Shown: in pieces, positions 9,092-18,446 of the stretch
Layout: every line of letters begins with the position of its first letter
Position numbering within the stretch: position 1 is the first letter of the stretch
Assembly (NCBI GenBank): GCA_963663165.1
Contig: OY760175.1
Coordinates: 1,376,001-1,440,000 of the forward strand
Direction of reading: 5' to 3'
Length of the DNA: 64,000 bases
Source: an uncultured Desulfospira sp.
GTDB lineage: Bacteria > Desulfobacterota > Desulfobacteria > Desulfobacterales > Desulfobacteraceae
Position numbers and translations under genes: made by a program
Notes under the pieces: generated by a model
Told to the model about the DNA's origin: nothing
Database searches by the model: none
Seen by the model: only the letters and a program-made list of their open reading frames with translations

Positions 9092-9133
9092 AGCTAATAG
9101 CTAATAGCTAAAGGCTAATAGCTAAAAAGCTGA
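9092..9133. repeat. Heptamer tandem repeats (AGCTAAT-like, about 6 units)
   Basis: AGCTAAT AGCTAAT AGCTAAA GGCTAAT AGCTAAA AAGCTGA. Confidence 0.75.
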
Positions 9134-9135
9134 TC

Positions 9136-11406
9136 TCATACAAACCGCCCCCCTCTTTTGTCCCAGAAAAGCGCGACAGAAGGAAGCAGGAAGATGTCCC
9201 CGGCAACCGCGGTGATCATGATCACGGCACTTAACGACCCGAAATTAATGGTGGGGACAAATCTTGAAAACACCATCACCCCGAACCCGATACACAGGAT
9301 CAGGGACGAGAGCAGAATGGCTTTGCCCTTGCTCTTTATGGTTTTGGTTACGGCGTCTTGAGTGCTTTGCTTTTGGGAAAGATTAAGCTTAAACTCGGAA
9401 AGAAAATGAATGGTATCGTCAACCGCAATGCCGATGGCAACAGCGGATATCAAGGCCGTGGCCGTATTCAAAGGGATATTGAACAGCCCCATTATGCCGA
9501 AATTAAGAACAATGGGAAACAGGTTGGGAACAATGCTGATGCACCCTAAAGGAAAGGACCGCAAAACAAAGAACATGATGACAATGATGATTGCCGCCGC
9601 AGTTGAAAGGCTGTACACCTGCCCCTTTACCAGAGAATCTATGGTGTTAACATCCTGCAGCGCCCGCCCGGTTATCCTGATTTTCAAATCGTGTTTGGGC
9701 AGGGTTTTGAAAAAATTATTCAGTTGGGAAATTATTTTTTCCTGCTCGCTGGTGGAATGACGGGACATGCGAATGGATATCCGGGCATGGTCAAAGGTCT
9801 CATTGATAAAATCCTTGATATCATCTGCATCATAGAGCAGCAGGTATTGAGACACCAGCTGTTTTGAATCGGGTATGGTCAAAAATGACGGCTGTTCATT
9901 GTTAAAGGACTGGTTCATGTCCTTTATGAAATTCACAAAAGACATGCTCTTGTCAACACCGTCCACCTGTTCCAGAAAGGTTTGAATTTTTTCTATGATT
10001 TTTAAATTTTCAGGGTCTTTGAATTCATCCTGGGCCAAAGCGGTTAAAGAGATATCCAGGGTGCTGATACCGGCCAGATGGGTCTCCACAAAATCGGAGC
10101 TGACCCGTACCGGGCTTTTCTTTTTAAAATACCCCAGCAGATTGGTTTCGACCTTGATAGAGGATGCCAGTAAAATTGAAACCAGAGTCAGGACGACCCC
10201 TGCAGTTAGAATCAGGCGAAACCGGTTTAAAACAAAAGAAGCGGTTTTTTCAAGGGTGGCATGAATTTTAATGGTGGTTGTTTTTTCCTGAAAAATCCGG
10301 TCTGTGTTAAACAGCATCAGAACCGGCGGCATAAAGACAAAGGAAAAAAAGAATTCAAAGATCATTCCACAGGAGGCAATGACCGCGAAGTCCTTGATCG
10401 GGGGAATATCGCTCAGATACAAAGAAATAAATCCGATGGCCGTGGTCAGGGTGGTTAAAAAACAAGGTTTGATCACGTTTGTCAAAACATGGCCAAGGGC
10501 CGCACCTTTATTCTCATACCGGTCCAGCAGATCCCGGTCCAGATGGGAGAAAATATGAACCGTATCACAGAGGGCCAGGGCCATGACAACCGGCGGGACA
10601 ATGGTGGTCACGTTGTTCAGGGTGATGCCCAGAATGGGAAAAAGCCCCATGGTTGAGCCCATGCAGATGGATATATTGAGAACCGCGATCAGTGTCAGCC
10701 AGACATTTCTAAAGAAAAAGAAAACCGCCAGGGTGATAAACACATAGGTTATCGGAATAAAGGTGGCGATATCCTGTTTCATGTACCGGCTCAAATAATA
10801 ATTGGTGGTGGTCCATCCGGCTTTGAACACTTCTCCGGTCTGGTTCCGGTACTTTGAAAGAACCGCATCACACTTTTCAAGCAGTCTTTTTCTATAGCCG
10901 GGGTCATCGGGTTTTTCATACACCGAAACCACCACGGCGGCGGTTTTGCCGTCCGGTGAAATAAAATTCCTGGCATAAAGGGGGTTGGATAGAGCGCTTT
11001 GTTTTAAACGGTTAAGGTCTTTTTCCCGGTCCGGAATATGTTCAAGAAACTTTTGAACCATAAAAAAATCTTCTTCACCGATGGTATCGTTGGTATTGGC
11101 CAGGCTTTTGACCTCACGGATTTCTTCGATTTCTTCAAGATCCCCGGTGATCTGCTGCAACACCTCAAGGTTTTCTCTGGTAAAGATGTTTTCTTTTTTA
11201 AAGGCGATGATAAAGAACTCATCGTTGCCGAAAATTTCTTTGAATCCATCATAAAACAGGACATCCGGATCATTTTCAAGAGTGAAATAATCTACATTGT
11301 CCACGGTTTTCACTTTGGGCAGCTGGCTGAGAAACGGAAGGGATGCCAGGATGCTAAGGATCAGAAAAACCCATTTGTGCGTTATAATTGTATTCATGTG
11401 TACCAC
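9136..11406 (-). CDS. MMPL/RND superfamily transporter
   Basis: Two repeats of TM helices with large soluble loops; TTLTTAIGF and GIAVDDTIHF motifs. Confidence 0.92.
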   Translation of the reverse strand: MVHMNTIITHKWVFLILSILASLPFLSQLPKVKTVDNVDYFTLENDPDVLFYDGFKEIFGNDEFFIIAFKKENIFTRENLEVLQQITGDLEEIEEIREVKSLANTNDTIGEEDFFMVQKFLEHIPDREKDLNRLKQSALSNPLYARNFISPDGKTAAVVVSVYEKPDDPGYRKRLLEKCDAVLSKYRNQTGEVFKAGWTTTNYYLSRYMKQDIATFIPITYVFITLAVFFFFRNVWLTLIAVLNISICMGSTMGLFPILGITLNNVTTIVPPVVMALALCDTVHIFSHLDRDLLDRYENKGAALGHVLTNVIKPCFLTTLTTAIGFISLYLSDIPPIKDFAVIASCGMIFEFFFSFVFMPPVLMLFNTDRIFQEKTTTIKIHATLEKTASFVLNRFRLILTAGVVLTLVSILLASSIKVETNLLGYFKKKSPVRVSSDFVETHLAGISTLDISLTALAQDEFKDPENLKIIEKIQTFLEQVDGVDKSMSFVNFIKDMNQSFNNEQPSFLTIPDSKQLVSQYLLLYDADDIKDFINETFDHARISIRMSRHSTSEQEKIISQLNNFFKTLPKHDLKIRITGRALQDVNTIDSLVKGQVYSLSTAAAIIIVIMFFVLRSFPLGCISIVPNLFPIVLNFGIMGLFNIPLNTATALISAVAIGIAVDDTIHFLSEFKLNLSQKQSTQDAVTKTIKSKGKAILLSSLILCIGFGVMVFSRFVPTINFGSLSAVIMITAVAGDIFLLPSVALFWDKRGGRFV

Positions 11407-11417
11407 TCAAGTTATTT

Positions 11418-11598
11418 TATATGAAAGTCTGACTAACTACCCGTAAAGACTTTCAATATTTGTTGTGGGCGGATCTTGGTTGGATAACCAAATCAGCCCG
11501 TGGCTGTTATATGAAAGTCTCAGTAACGTCCTTAGAAGACTTTCAATATTTGTTGTGGACGGTTCTTGGTTGGATAACCCAAGCCGTCCGGTTTCTGC
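11418..11598. repeat. Two tandem ~90-bp units, each with two inverted repeats, upstream of the MMPL gene
   Basis: Unit = TGAAAGTCT-N16-AGACTTTCA + ATATTTGTTGT + a GG(G/A)CGG...TTGGTTGGATAACC...CC hairpin. Confidence 0.85.
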
Positions 11599-11855
11599 CC
11601 TTCAGGGTATGACGGTTAAAGGAAAATTTGTTTAATGGCGCCACCACGAAAAAAGAGGGTTGTTAATTGACAACTTATGTTTTTCCCGAATTTCTGTTGG
11701 GCGGTTGATTGATATTATCGCCGGCCTTGGATGCCGCCCCGTTTAGGTTTAGAAAGACCTTGTTTTCATAATTTAAGGTGCTGATTTATGTAAAATACCA
11801 CCAAACATTCTTAAAAACAAGCCTGAAAATTGCCCTGCACCTGAAACCATATTGC

Positions 11856-11884
11856 TTGACTGTGGCAGCCACACCTACTATAGT
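11856..11884 (+). promoter_or_regulatory. Sigma70 promoter with a palindromic operator in the spacer
   Basis: TTGACT-N17-TATAGT; TGTGGC-A-GCCACA at 11861-11873. Confidence 0.7.
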
Positions 11885-11991
11885 TACCTTTAACTTTGTA
11901 TTTAAATTACGATAGGTTGTTTTTCAAATCAGGCAGATTGTATTCTAAAGTTCTTTAACGGGTAAAATCGACCATATGAAAGGGACTATAA

Positions 11992-12747
11992 ATGATTAAA
12001 AATGAAATTCAATACGATAGATTTCGATTTGGTATGGTTGACGATGAAGACGTGAAAAAAGATACCTTTAGAATGCGGTATGAAGTCTATGTGGATGAAT
12101 TTGGATTTGAAAAAAAGGAAGATCATCCCGATGGGTTAGAGACCGACGACTATGAAGATGAATCCATTCACTTTGCCTGTCTTAATGAAAACAATTCTGT
12201 TGTCGGCACTATCCGCCTGGTTCTTGGATCGGATAAGGGCTTTCCCATAGAACGCGCGGCAAATACAACCTTTATCGGCGAAAAGCCGCATTATTCCAAA
12301 ATAGGGGAAATATCACGGCTGACCGTTACCAAAGACTTAAGGCGGCGGCGTGAAGACGGTATGTTCGGTGTGGAAAGTTACATTAAAGAAAAAGAGGGCG
12401 GCATTCTGCCCGACGACGGAACCATCCCCAAAGAAATGCAGGGCAGAAAAAACCCCGTTATCGTACTGGGCCTCTACCAGGTGATGTTCCATGAAAGCCT
12501 GAGAAGAGGGCTTACTCACTGGTATATGATCACAGAGGAAAAATTATACTACGCATTAAAAAAATTTGGATTTTTGTTTCACCAGATTGGCGACCCGGTT
12601 CAGTATCACGGACAAAGAATACCCTATCTTGCTGATATTCAAGAACTTATGATCAATCTTAGACAGGTGGATGCCGGAATGCTTGATCTGATGATGGCGG
12701 GTGTTGAAGAAAAATACTACCCCGCTTTTTTCAGGAAAGCCGAGTAA
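11992..12747 (+). CDS. PEP-CTERM/exosortase system-associated acyltransferase (N-acyl amino acid synthase-like)
   Basis: FRMRYEVYVDE, ETDDYEDESIH, VGTIRLV, EISRL...LRRRREDG, YHGQRIPY. Confidence 0.88.
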   Translation: MIKNEIQYDRFRFGMVDDEDVKKDTFRMRYEVYVDEFGFEKKEDHPDGLETDDYEDESIHFACLNENNSVVGTIRLVLGSDKGFPIERAANTTFIGEKPHYSKIGEISRLTVTKDLRRRREDGMFGVESYIKEKEGGILPDDGTIPKEMQGRKNPVIVLGLYQVMFHESLRRGLTHWYMITEEKLYYALKKFGFLFHQIGDPVQYHGQRIPYLADIQELMINLRQVDAGMLDLMMAGVEEKYYPAFFRKAE

Positions 12748-13571
12748 TCCGTCAGGGCAAGCATGAAATCCGTTTTACGGTCCTGATCCACACCGGTAAA
12801 ATCAATGGCGCGGGACCGGCCCCAGAAAAAGAAATAATGCAGGTTTTTTTCAACGGGGAATTTGGAATAGACTTTTTTATATTCTTGTTCGGCGGTCCTG
12901 AGGTTGAGCCGCATGGCAACGGCCGGGTTGTTTTTCACATAGGCATATGCATTAACCTGCGCCATGGGTTCAAATAAAAGAATATCCCGGTATACCCAGA
13001 CATGTTTGGGGTGAACCGTGATGACCAGGTCATCCATATCAAGGTAATTGGCCGCATACTCATGGACAACCCGGTTCCCGAGCATGGGAATGTTCATGTT
13101 CTGCATCCGAAAACCGGGGTTTGACGCCAGGCAGCCGACTTCTACAATTTTTCTTCCCTGTTTCCTTAAACCATCAAGTTCACTGTTAAACACCGCATCC
13201 ATGGGCAGGCCGTCGTCGCTGTCCGGGAACAAACTGACAGTATACACCGGAATCTGTTTTGAATCCGGTTCTTCATAAAAGCCTATGAACACTTTTGATG
13301 AGGGATTGGAATGGTGAGGAATGATGCGCATTGCCGTACTGGACGGATCACTTAACCCGGCCTGGACATAAACATCGTGGAGCAGCCTGAAACAGGTGGT
13401 ATAATCATCGGGGCTTAACGCCGGCCTGAATAAAACACTTTCAAGGTTAAGACGTATCCCGGGTATCTGAGACCGGATCAGCTTTTGGCGCAAAGACTCA
13501 GGAAGGCGTTTAATCACTTTTTTCTTGTATTTTCTGGATAAATTACGAACAGGTATTTTGGGAATATGCAT
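12717..13571 (-). CDS. FeeM-like N-acyl amino acid synthase domain protein
   Basis: DSDDGLPMD, GRKIVEVGCLA, DLVITVHPKHVWVYRDILLFE, NPAVAMRLNL. Overlaps the convergent gene by 31 bp. Confidence 0.82.
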   Translation of the reverse strand: MHIPKIPVRNLSRKYKKKVIKRLPESLRQKLIRSQIPGIRLNLESVLFRPALSPDDYTTCFRLLHDVYVQAGLSDPSSTAMRIIPHHSNPSSKVFIGFYEEPDSKQIPVYTVSLFPDSDDGLPMDAVFNSELDGLRKQGRKIVEVGCLASNPGFRMQNMNIPMLGNRVVHEYAANYLDMDDLVITVHPKHVWVYRDILLFEPMAQVNAYAYVKNNPAVAMRLNLRTAEQEYKKVYSKFPVEKNLHYFFFWGRSRAIDFTGVDQDRKTDFMLALTDYSAFLKKAG

Positions 13572-13721
13572 TATGATTTTCGGCCATATAAACGAACACT
13601 ATTTGAAATTTCACCGTCCACGAATTCCGATTAACATTCCGCACTGCTTATCAAAAGGAAATTTTGCCACCACCTTGGGTGCAATAGTACATCAAAGTGA
13701 AGATATCAAGTAAAAAATTGG

Positions 13722-13820
13722 TTAGGGACTTGGGGTATGGGATTTGGGTCTTGGGGTGTCTTTTAGAGAATTTCCGGTTGTCTAACGTCTCAAGTCTAAT
13801 GTCTAAATATCTCAGGTCTC
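13722..13820. repeat. Heptamer repeat arrays (TTGGGGT-like, then GTCTAAT-like)
   Basis: TAGGGAC TTGGGGT ATGGGAT TTGGGTC TTGGGGT ... GTCTAAC GTCTCAA GTCTAAT GTCTAAA. Confidence 0.65.
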
Positions 13821-15782
13821 TTAAATTCCTCCTTTTGAGCGGATTATTTTTTTCAGATCCGGCAGGCGCTCAAGGCATTCCTCCATGCCGCAACGCATTA
13901 AAGAAAGCCCCTTGTGAAAATCATCCCAGGCATACCCGGTCACATCGGGATAAAGGACCATGTCCGCTTTTTTGGCAAAATCCCCCGTGGCCCGTCCATG
14001 AACAATACTGATGGTCCGGGAAACAATGTTCTTAATTCCCGGGGCCTTTGAGGCGGCGCACCCTGCCCTGGCGGTCCGGGGTTCAATGCAGACGGCCATA
14101 ACCATGTCGGCACCTTTTCTTAACAGGACATCCACGGGAACAGGGTTTAAAAGGCCGCCGTCCACTATCCACCGGCCCTGGTGGCGGTAGGGGGAAAAAA
14201 CTGCCGGAATGGCAATACTGGCCCTGACCGCATCCGTAACCTTACCGGTTTCAAGAACCACCTCTTCCCCGTTCACAATGTCCACCCCAATGATATACGC
14301 CGGTATCATCAGGTCCATAAAATCGGCATTGTTAATGGCGCTTCGGACCAGGCTGGCGGCCTTGGCCCCTTTTAAAAGCCCCTGCCTGGGAAAAGTATAA
14401 TCAAATATTTTTTTTCGGGCCTGAAATTTGGTCGGGAAAAGGTCAACCGTGCTTTTTTGAAGTTTATCCACAGAGGCGGTGGCCGCGTAAATTCCCCCGA
14501 CCAGAGCCCCCATGCTGGCCCCTGAAATCATATCAATATGAATGCCGGCCTCTTCCAGCACCTTGAGAACCCCGATATGGGCCCACCCCCTGGCCGCACC
14601 GGCCCCAAGAGCGATGCCAAGGCGGATTCCGGCAATTTCCCTGGCCACGGCCCGGGCCCCTTTGACCGGAAAACACTTGGTGGTATCAATCCGGTCATTA
14701 AAGGCATCCTCGGACCGGTCCACCCAAATGTTGGGGGTTTCCGGCAGGTTCAGCAGCTGCCTTAACTCCTGGCGGGCAATTCCTGTGTGGCCTTTAAGGT
14801 GGCTGACCCCCATCCTGATCCGGCCTAAAAAGGCACTGGGCCCGCAGATCTCCTCCAGTTCATTTAACCGCTGCTGCACATGGCCAAGCTTTTCTCTGGT
14901 GTTGTTCATGAGCAGCATTGTCCGGTCGCAAAGCCGGACAAAAAGCTTTTCCATGGCCGTTAAGTAATGGGACAGGTTAAAAAAAACAATATCATAGTTG
15001 TGGCGCAGGCCTTCCATGAGGGCGGGCATCACCTCGGGCAGCCGGTTTGAAAACCCCGTGGTCAGCTGAAGTACGGCAAATCCGGATTCATGATAAAACC
15101 ATGTGATGTCTGACGGATCGTAACTGTTTTCCGGCAGCAGCCTGAAAAGACCGGGATCCGGGCAGGCCATACCGGACATCCCATATTTTTTCATGATGCC
15201 TTCAGGCTCAAGGTGGGGTTCAATCACCAGAACCTTTTTGGAAGATTCATCAGCGATATGAAAGGAGACCGTATAAAGAAAATGGGATACCCCAAGGCCC
15301 GGGCCTGTTGCTGAAACCGCATAAAAAACAGGGGTATTCTGTTTCCTTAAACGGTCCTTTTCCCCGGTGGACATCTGCTTGGCGTAATACCGGCTCAAGT
15401 AAAGCCCGATACTTTTATTGTCTTTGATCAGTATCTCGAAATTCGGACGGGTCAGGCAGAATAAGGTGCAGTCCAGGGAAACGGTTACCGTAGAGTTTCT
15501 CGGCTCACCAGAGAGAAGCGACAGCTCGCCGAAAAAATCCCCCCGTTTTAATTGGGCCAGATATATTTTCTGGCCATTGATTTCCCGGGCAACCGAAATC
15601 ATGCCGGACCGGATAATATACATGGAATCCCCGGGATCACCCTGGCGGCAGATGATGTCGCCTTTTTGAAAGGCCTGCTTTGTAAACAGGCTGGCAACGC
15701 CAGCCACCTGCTCACCGGGGACAGAAGAAAACAAGGGGACATTCTGCAAAAATTCAATCAGATCCTGAAGGGTCTTTTTCAT
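13821..15782 (-). CDS. Cyclic nucleotide-binding domain + patatin-like phospholipase
   Basis: GDFFGELSLL...PRNSTV (cNMP-binding); GAGAARG, GASMG and DGG (patatin). Confidence 0.92.
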   Translation of the reverse strand: MKKTLQDLIEFLQNVPLFSSVPGEQVAGVASLFTKQAFQKGDIICRQGDPGDSMYIIRSGMISVAREINGQKIYLAQLKRGDFFGELSLLSGEPRNSTVTVSLDCTLFCLTRPNFEILIKDNKSIGLYLSRYYAKQMSTGEKDRLRKQNTPVFYAVSATGPGLGVSHFLYTVSFHIADESSKKVLVIEPHLEPEGIMKKYGMSGMACPDPGLFRLLPENSYDPSDITWFYHESGFAVLQLTTGFSNRLPEVMPALMEGLRHNYDIVFFNLSHYLTAMEKLFVRLCDRTMLLMNNTREKLGHVQQRLNELEEICGPSAFLGRIRMGVSHLKGHTGIARQELRQLLNLPETPNIWVDRSEDAFNDRIDTTKCFPVKGARAVAREIAGIRLGIALGAGAARGWAHIGVLKVLEEAGIHIDMISGASMGALVGGIYAATASVDKLQKSTVDLFPTKFQARKKIFDYTFPRQGLLKGAKAASLVRSAINNADFMDLMIPAYIIGVDIVNGEEVVLETGKVTDAVRASIAIPAVFSPYRHQGRWIVDGGLLNPVPVDVLLRKGADMVMAVCIEPRTARAGCAASKAPGIKNIVSRTISIVHGRATGDFAKKADMVLYPDVTGYAWDDFHKGLSLMRCGMEECLERLPDLKKIIRSKGGI

Positions 15783-15871
15783 ATCAAAATCTCACAGGGT
15801 AACCGAATGCAACTTGCCTGCAATGTAAACTTACCAAATACAATTTCAGTGCTTCGCACTGAAATATTCTA

Positions 15872-15950
15872 TTCTCACGCAAAGGCGAAAAGGCGCAAAG
15901 ATTAGTTCCCTATAGCAGTGTTTTTCTTTGCGCCTTTGCGCCTTTGCGTG
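15872..15950. repeat. Repeat 'B' copy with a different loop
   Basis: TCTCACGCAAAGGCGAAAAGGCGCAAAG...CTTTGCGCCTTTGCGCCTTTGCGTGA. Confidence 0.8.
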
Positions 15951-15993
15951 AATTTTTATGGCATCCGGCAGGACTGTAAATTTTCAAGAAATC

Positions 15994-18270
15994 CTAAATA
16001 CGCTTATCCCGCAAATCAATCCCCCGTGCCTCCAGCTTATCACGGATTTCATCAGCCAGGGCCCAGTTCTTTTCTTTTCTGGCCTCTTCCCGCTGCTCTA
16101 TCAATTTAAGGGTTTCACGGTCAAAAGACGGATGATCAAAGGAAAAAATGCCCAGTACCGAATCTATTTGTTTAACCATATCCAGAATCTGCTTGGCGCC
16201 CGTTGCATCAATAAACTGATTGTCCACAAGGATATTAATTTCCCGGATCTTTTTTAAAATATTGGACAAGGCCCCCGAAATATTAAGATCATCATCCATG
16301 GCAGCGTTAAATTCATCGCCCATACTCTGAACCAGATGATCCAGCCCGGAAAAGTTCTGCCCCTGGCCGACCTGGTTCAAAGTTTCAACAAAGTTGTCAA
16401 ACCGTTTGAGCACCTTGCCGGCTTGTTCCAGGCGTTCGTCAGACCAGACAACGGGTTTGCGGTAGTTGGTGGACAGCAGCATAAAACGGATTTCCCTTGC
16501 GGTTAAGCCGCTTTCCATCAAGGCCGGGATATTTAAATGCCGGCTTGTTTCATCCACCTCTTTGCCGTCCAGCATTACAGGGCCGCAGTGCATCCAGTAA
16601 TTGGCCAGCATCTTTCCGGTGGCCGCCATGCCGATGGCGATTTCATTTTCATGGTGGGGGAAAATCAAATGCCGGGCACTGGTGTGGATATCAAAATTGG
16701 GGGATAAATATTTCATGGCCATGGCCGGGCACTGGATATGCCAGGATGGCCTGATGTTCCCCCATTGGGTCTCCCAGTATATCCCTTTTTTCAGTTCATT
16801 TAGTTTGGCCCGTTTGAGCAGTGTGAAGTCTTTGGGGTTGTCCTTTTCATAGTCGTCCAGATCCACTGTGGTGCCGACCTTAATCTTATCAAGTTTGACC
16901 CCGGACAGCTCTCCGTAGCTTGGCAGCCTTGAAATGTCAAAATAGACAGATTTGAGCTTTTCATATCCAAACCCCTTACTGATGATTTTTTCCGTTAAAT
17001 CAATCATCTCCTTTACATGATCGCCGGCAAGGGGGAAATGGTTTGCCGGACGGATAGAAAGCAAATCAAGATCCTGCCGGAACATCTTGACATATTTCTG
17101 GGTAAAGGTTTCAAGATCAACGCCTTCTTCTTGTGCCCCCTCAATGGTTTTGTCGTCAATGTCCGTAATATTCATCACATGATTAACGTCATACCCTTTG
17201 TAACTTAGATACCGGCACAGCAGGTCTGAAAACACAAACCGCCGGGCTTCGCCCAGGTGCATCCTGGCATGGACCGTGGGGCCGCAGGAGTATATCCCGA
17301 CATTGCCTTTTTCATTGGGGATAAAGTCCGTTTTTTCACGGCCCAGGGTATTATAAAACCGGATTGAGCTTTTCTTTTCCGGTGCGGAAAACAGCGTGGT
17401 ACTCAGATACCGTTCCCCGCTGTCCGGCAGGATGGTGACAATGGTGCCAGACTCAAGCTCCCTGGAAAGATTGACGGCTGCCGCCATGGCCGCCCCGGAA
17501 CTCATGCCCACAAAAAGTCCCTCTTTTCTGGCCAGCAGCCTTGCCATTTCAAAGGCTTCATCATCTTCAACGGAAACGATCCTGTCCAGCCGTTTTTTAT
17601 CATAAATCCCCGGGGGATAGGATTCTTTCATGTTCTTGAGCCCCTGGATTTTATGCCCTACCCCCGGCTCCACCCCGATGACCTGGATAGCCGGGGCCTT
17701 TTCCTTAATCTTCCTGGAAATCCCCATGAGGGTTCCGCAGGTTCCCATGGTGGCGACAATCATGGACACCTGGCCCTGGGTCTGATTTAAGATTTCCTCA
17801 GCCGTGCCATGGTAATGGGCCATCCAATTGGCCTGGTTGTTGTATTGGTCTACATTAAAATAAAGATCCGGATGCTCCCGGGTCAGCCGGTATGCCTCTT
17901 CAATGGCTCCGTCTGAACCCAGATGGCTGGGGGTCAGGATAATCTTCGCCCCCCTGGCCTCAAGGATTCTTCGCCGTTCCAGGCTGACCGCCCCGGACAT
18001 GGCCAGCAACAGCTGGTACCCCTTGACCGAACAGACCATGGCAAGGCCGATGCCGGTATTCCCGCTGGTGGCCTCGATAACGGTCTTATCTTTTGTCAGC
18101 TCCCCTGACTTCTCCGCCTCCTGGATCATCCAGAGAGCGGCCCGGTCCTTAATGGAACCGCCCGGATTCATATACTCCAGCTTGGCCAGAATCCGGACAT
18201 CCGGATTATCCTGAACGTTCACCTGCACCAGCGGGGTATTGCCGATGGTATCTATTAATGAATTGTACAT
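15994..18270 (-). CDS. cysS: Fusion of cysteine synthase (CysK/CysM-like) and a cysteinyl-tRNA synthetase-like domain
   Basis: IGNTPLV, NPGGSIKDR, EATSGNTG, PDSGERYLST; then YSCGPTV, NITDIDDK, WHIQC, FPHHENE, ADEIRD. Start is probably ATG18270. Confidence 0.9.
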   Translation of the reverse strand: MYNSLIDTIGNTPLVQVNVQDNPDVRILAKLEYMNPGGSIKDRAALWMIQEAEKSGELTKDKTVIEATSGNTGIGLAMVCSVKGYQLLLAMSGAVSLERRRILEARGAKIILTPSHLGSDGAIEEAYRLTREHPDLYFNVDQYNNQANWMAHYHGTAEEILNQTQGQVSMIVATMGTCGTLMGISRKIKEKAPAIQVIGVEPGVGHKIQGLKNMKESYPPGIYDKKRLDRIVSVEDDEAFEMARLLARKEGLFVGMSSGAAMAAAVNLSRELESGTIVTILPDSGERYLSTTLFSAPEKKSSIRFYNTLGREKTDFIPNEKGNVGIYSCGPTVHARMHLGEARRFVFSDLLCRYLSYKGYDVNHVMNITDIDDKTIEGAQEEGVDLETFTQKYVKMFRQDLDLLSIRPANHFPLAGDHVKEMIDLTEKIISKGFGYEKLKSVYFDISRLPSYGELSGVKLDKIKVGTTVDLDDYEKDNPKDFTLLKRAKLNELKKGIYWETQWGNIRPSWHIQCPAMAMKYLSPNFDIHTSARHLIFPHHENEIAIGMAATGKMLANYWMHCGPVMLDGKEVDETSRHLNIPALMESGLTAREIRFMLLSTNYRKPVVWSDERLEQAGKVLKRFDNFVETLNQVGQGQNFSGLDHLVQSMGDEFNAAMDDDLNISGALSNILKKIREINILVDNQFIDATGAKQILDMVKQIDSVLGIFSFDHPSFDRETLKLIEQREEARKEKNWALADEIRDKLEARGIDLRDKRI

Positions 18271-18446
18271 TATATATTGTCTTTCCCTGCCTTGTATTCC
18301 CATTCAAGTTTACCCATAGCCTTTAAATGATTTTCTACACCATAACGTTCCTTAAAATCAATGGGAGGTTTGGCGTACGAAGCCCGGAAACCGGAAAGGA
18401 TAAGCTGATTTAAAGCCCTTGACTTGAGATTACACCCAGAGACCGC

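Noticed and set aside
6990..11990. RiPP (TOMM or microcin C-like) cluster suggested by ThiF + nitroreductase
   Set aside because: No YcaO or peptidase and no convincing precursor ORF. The only leader ORF seen is MKTRSF (6 codons) without an RBS.
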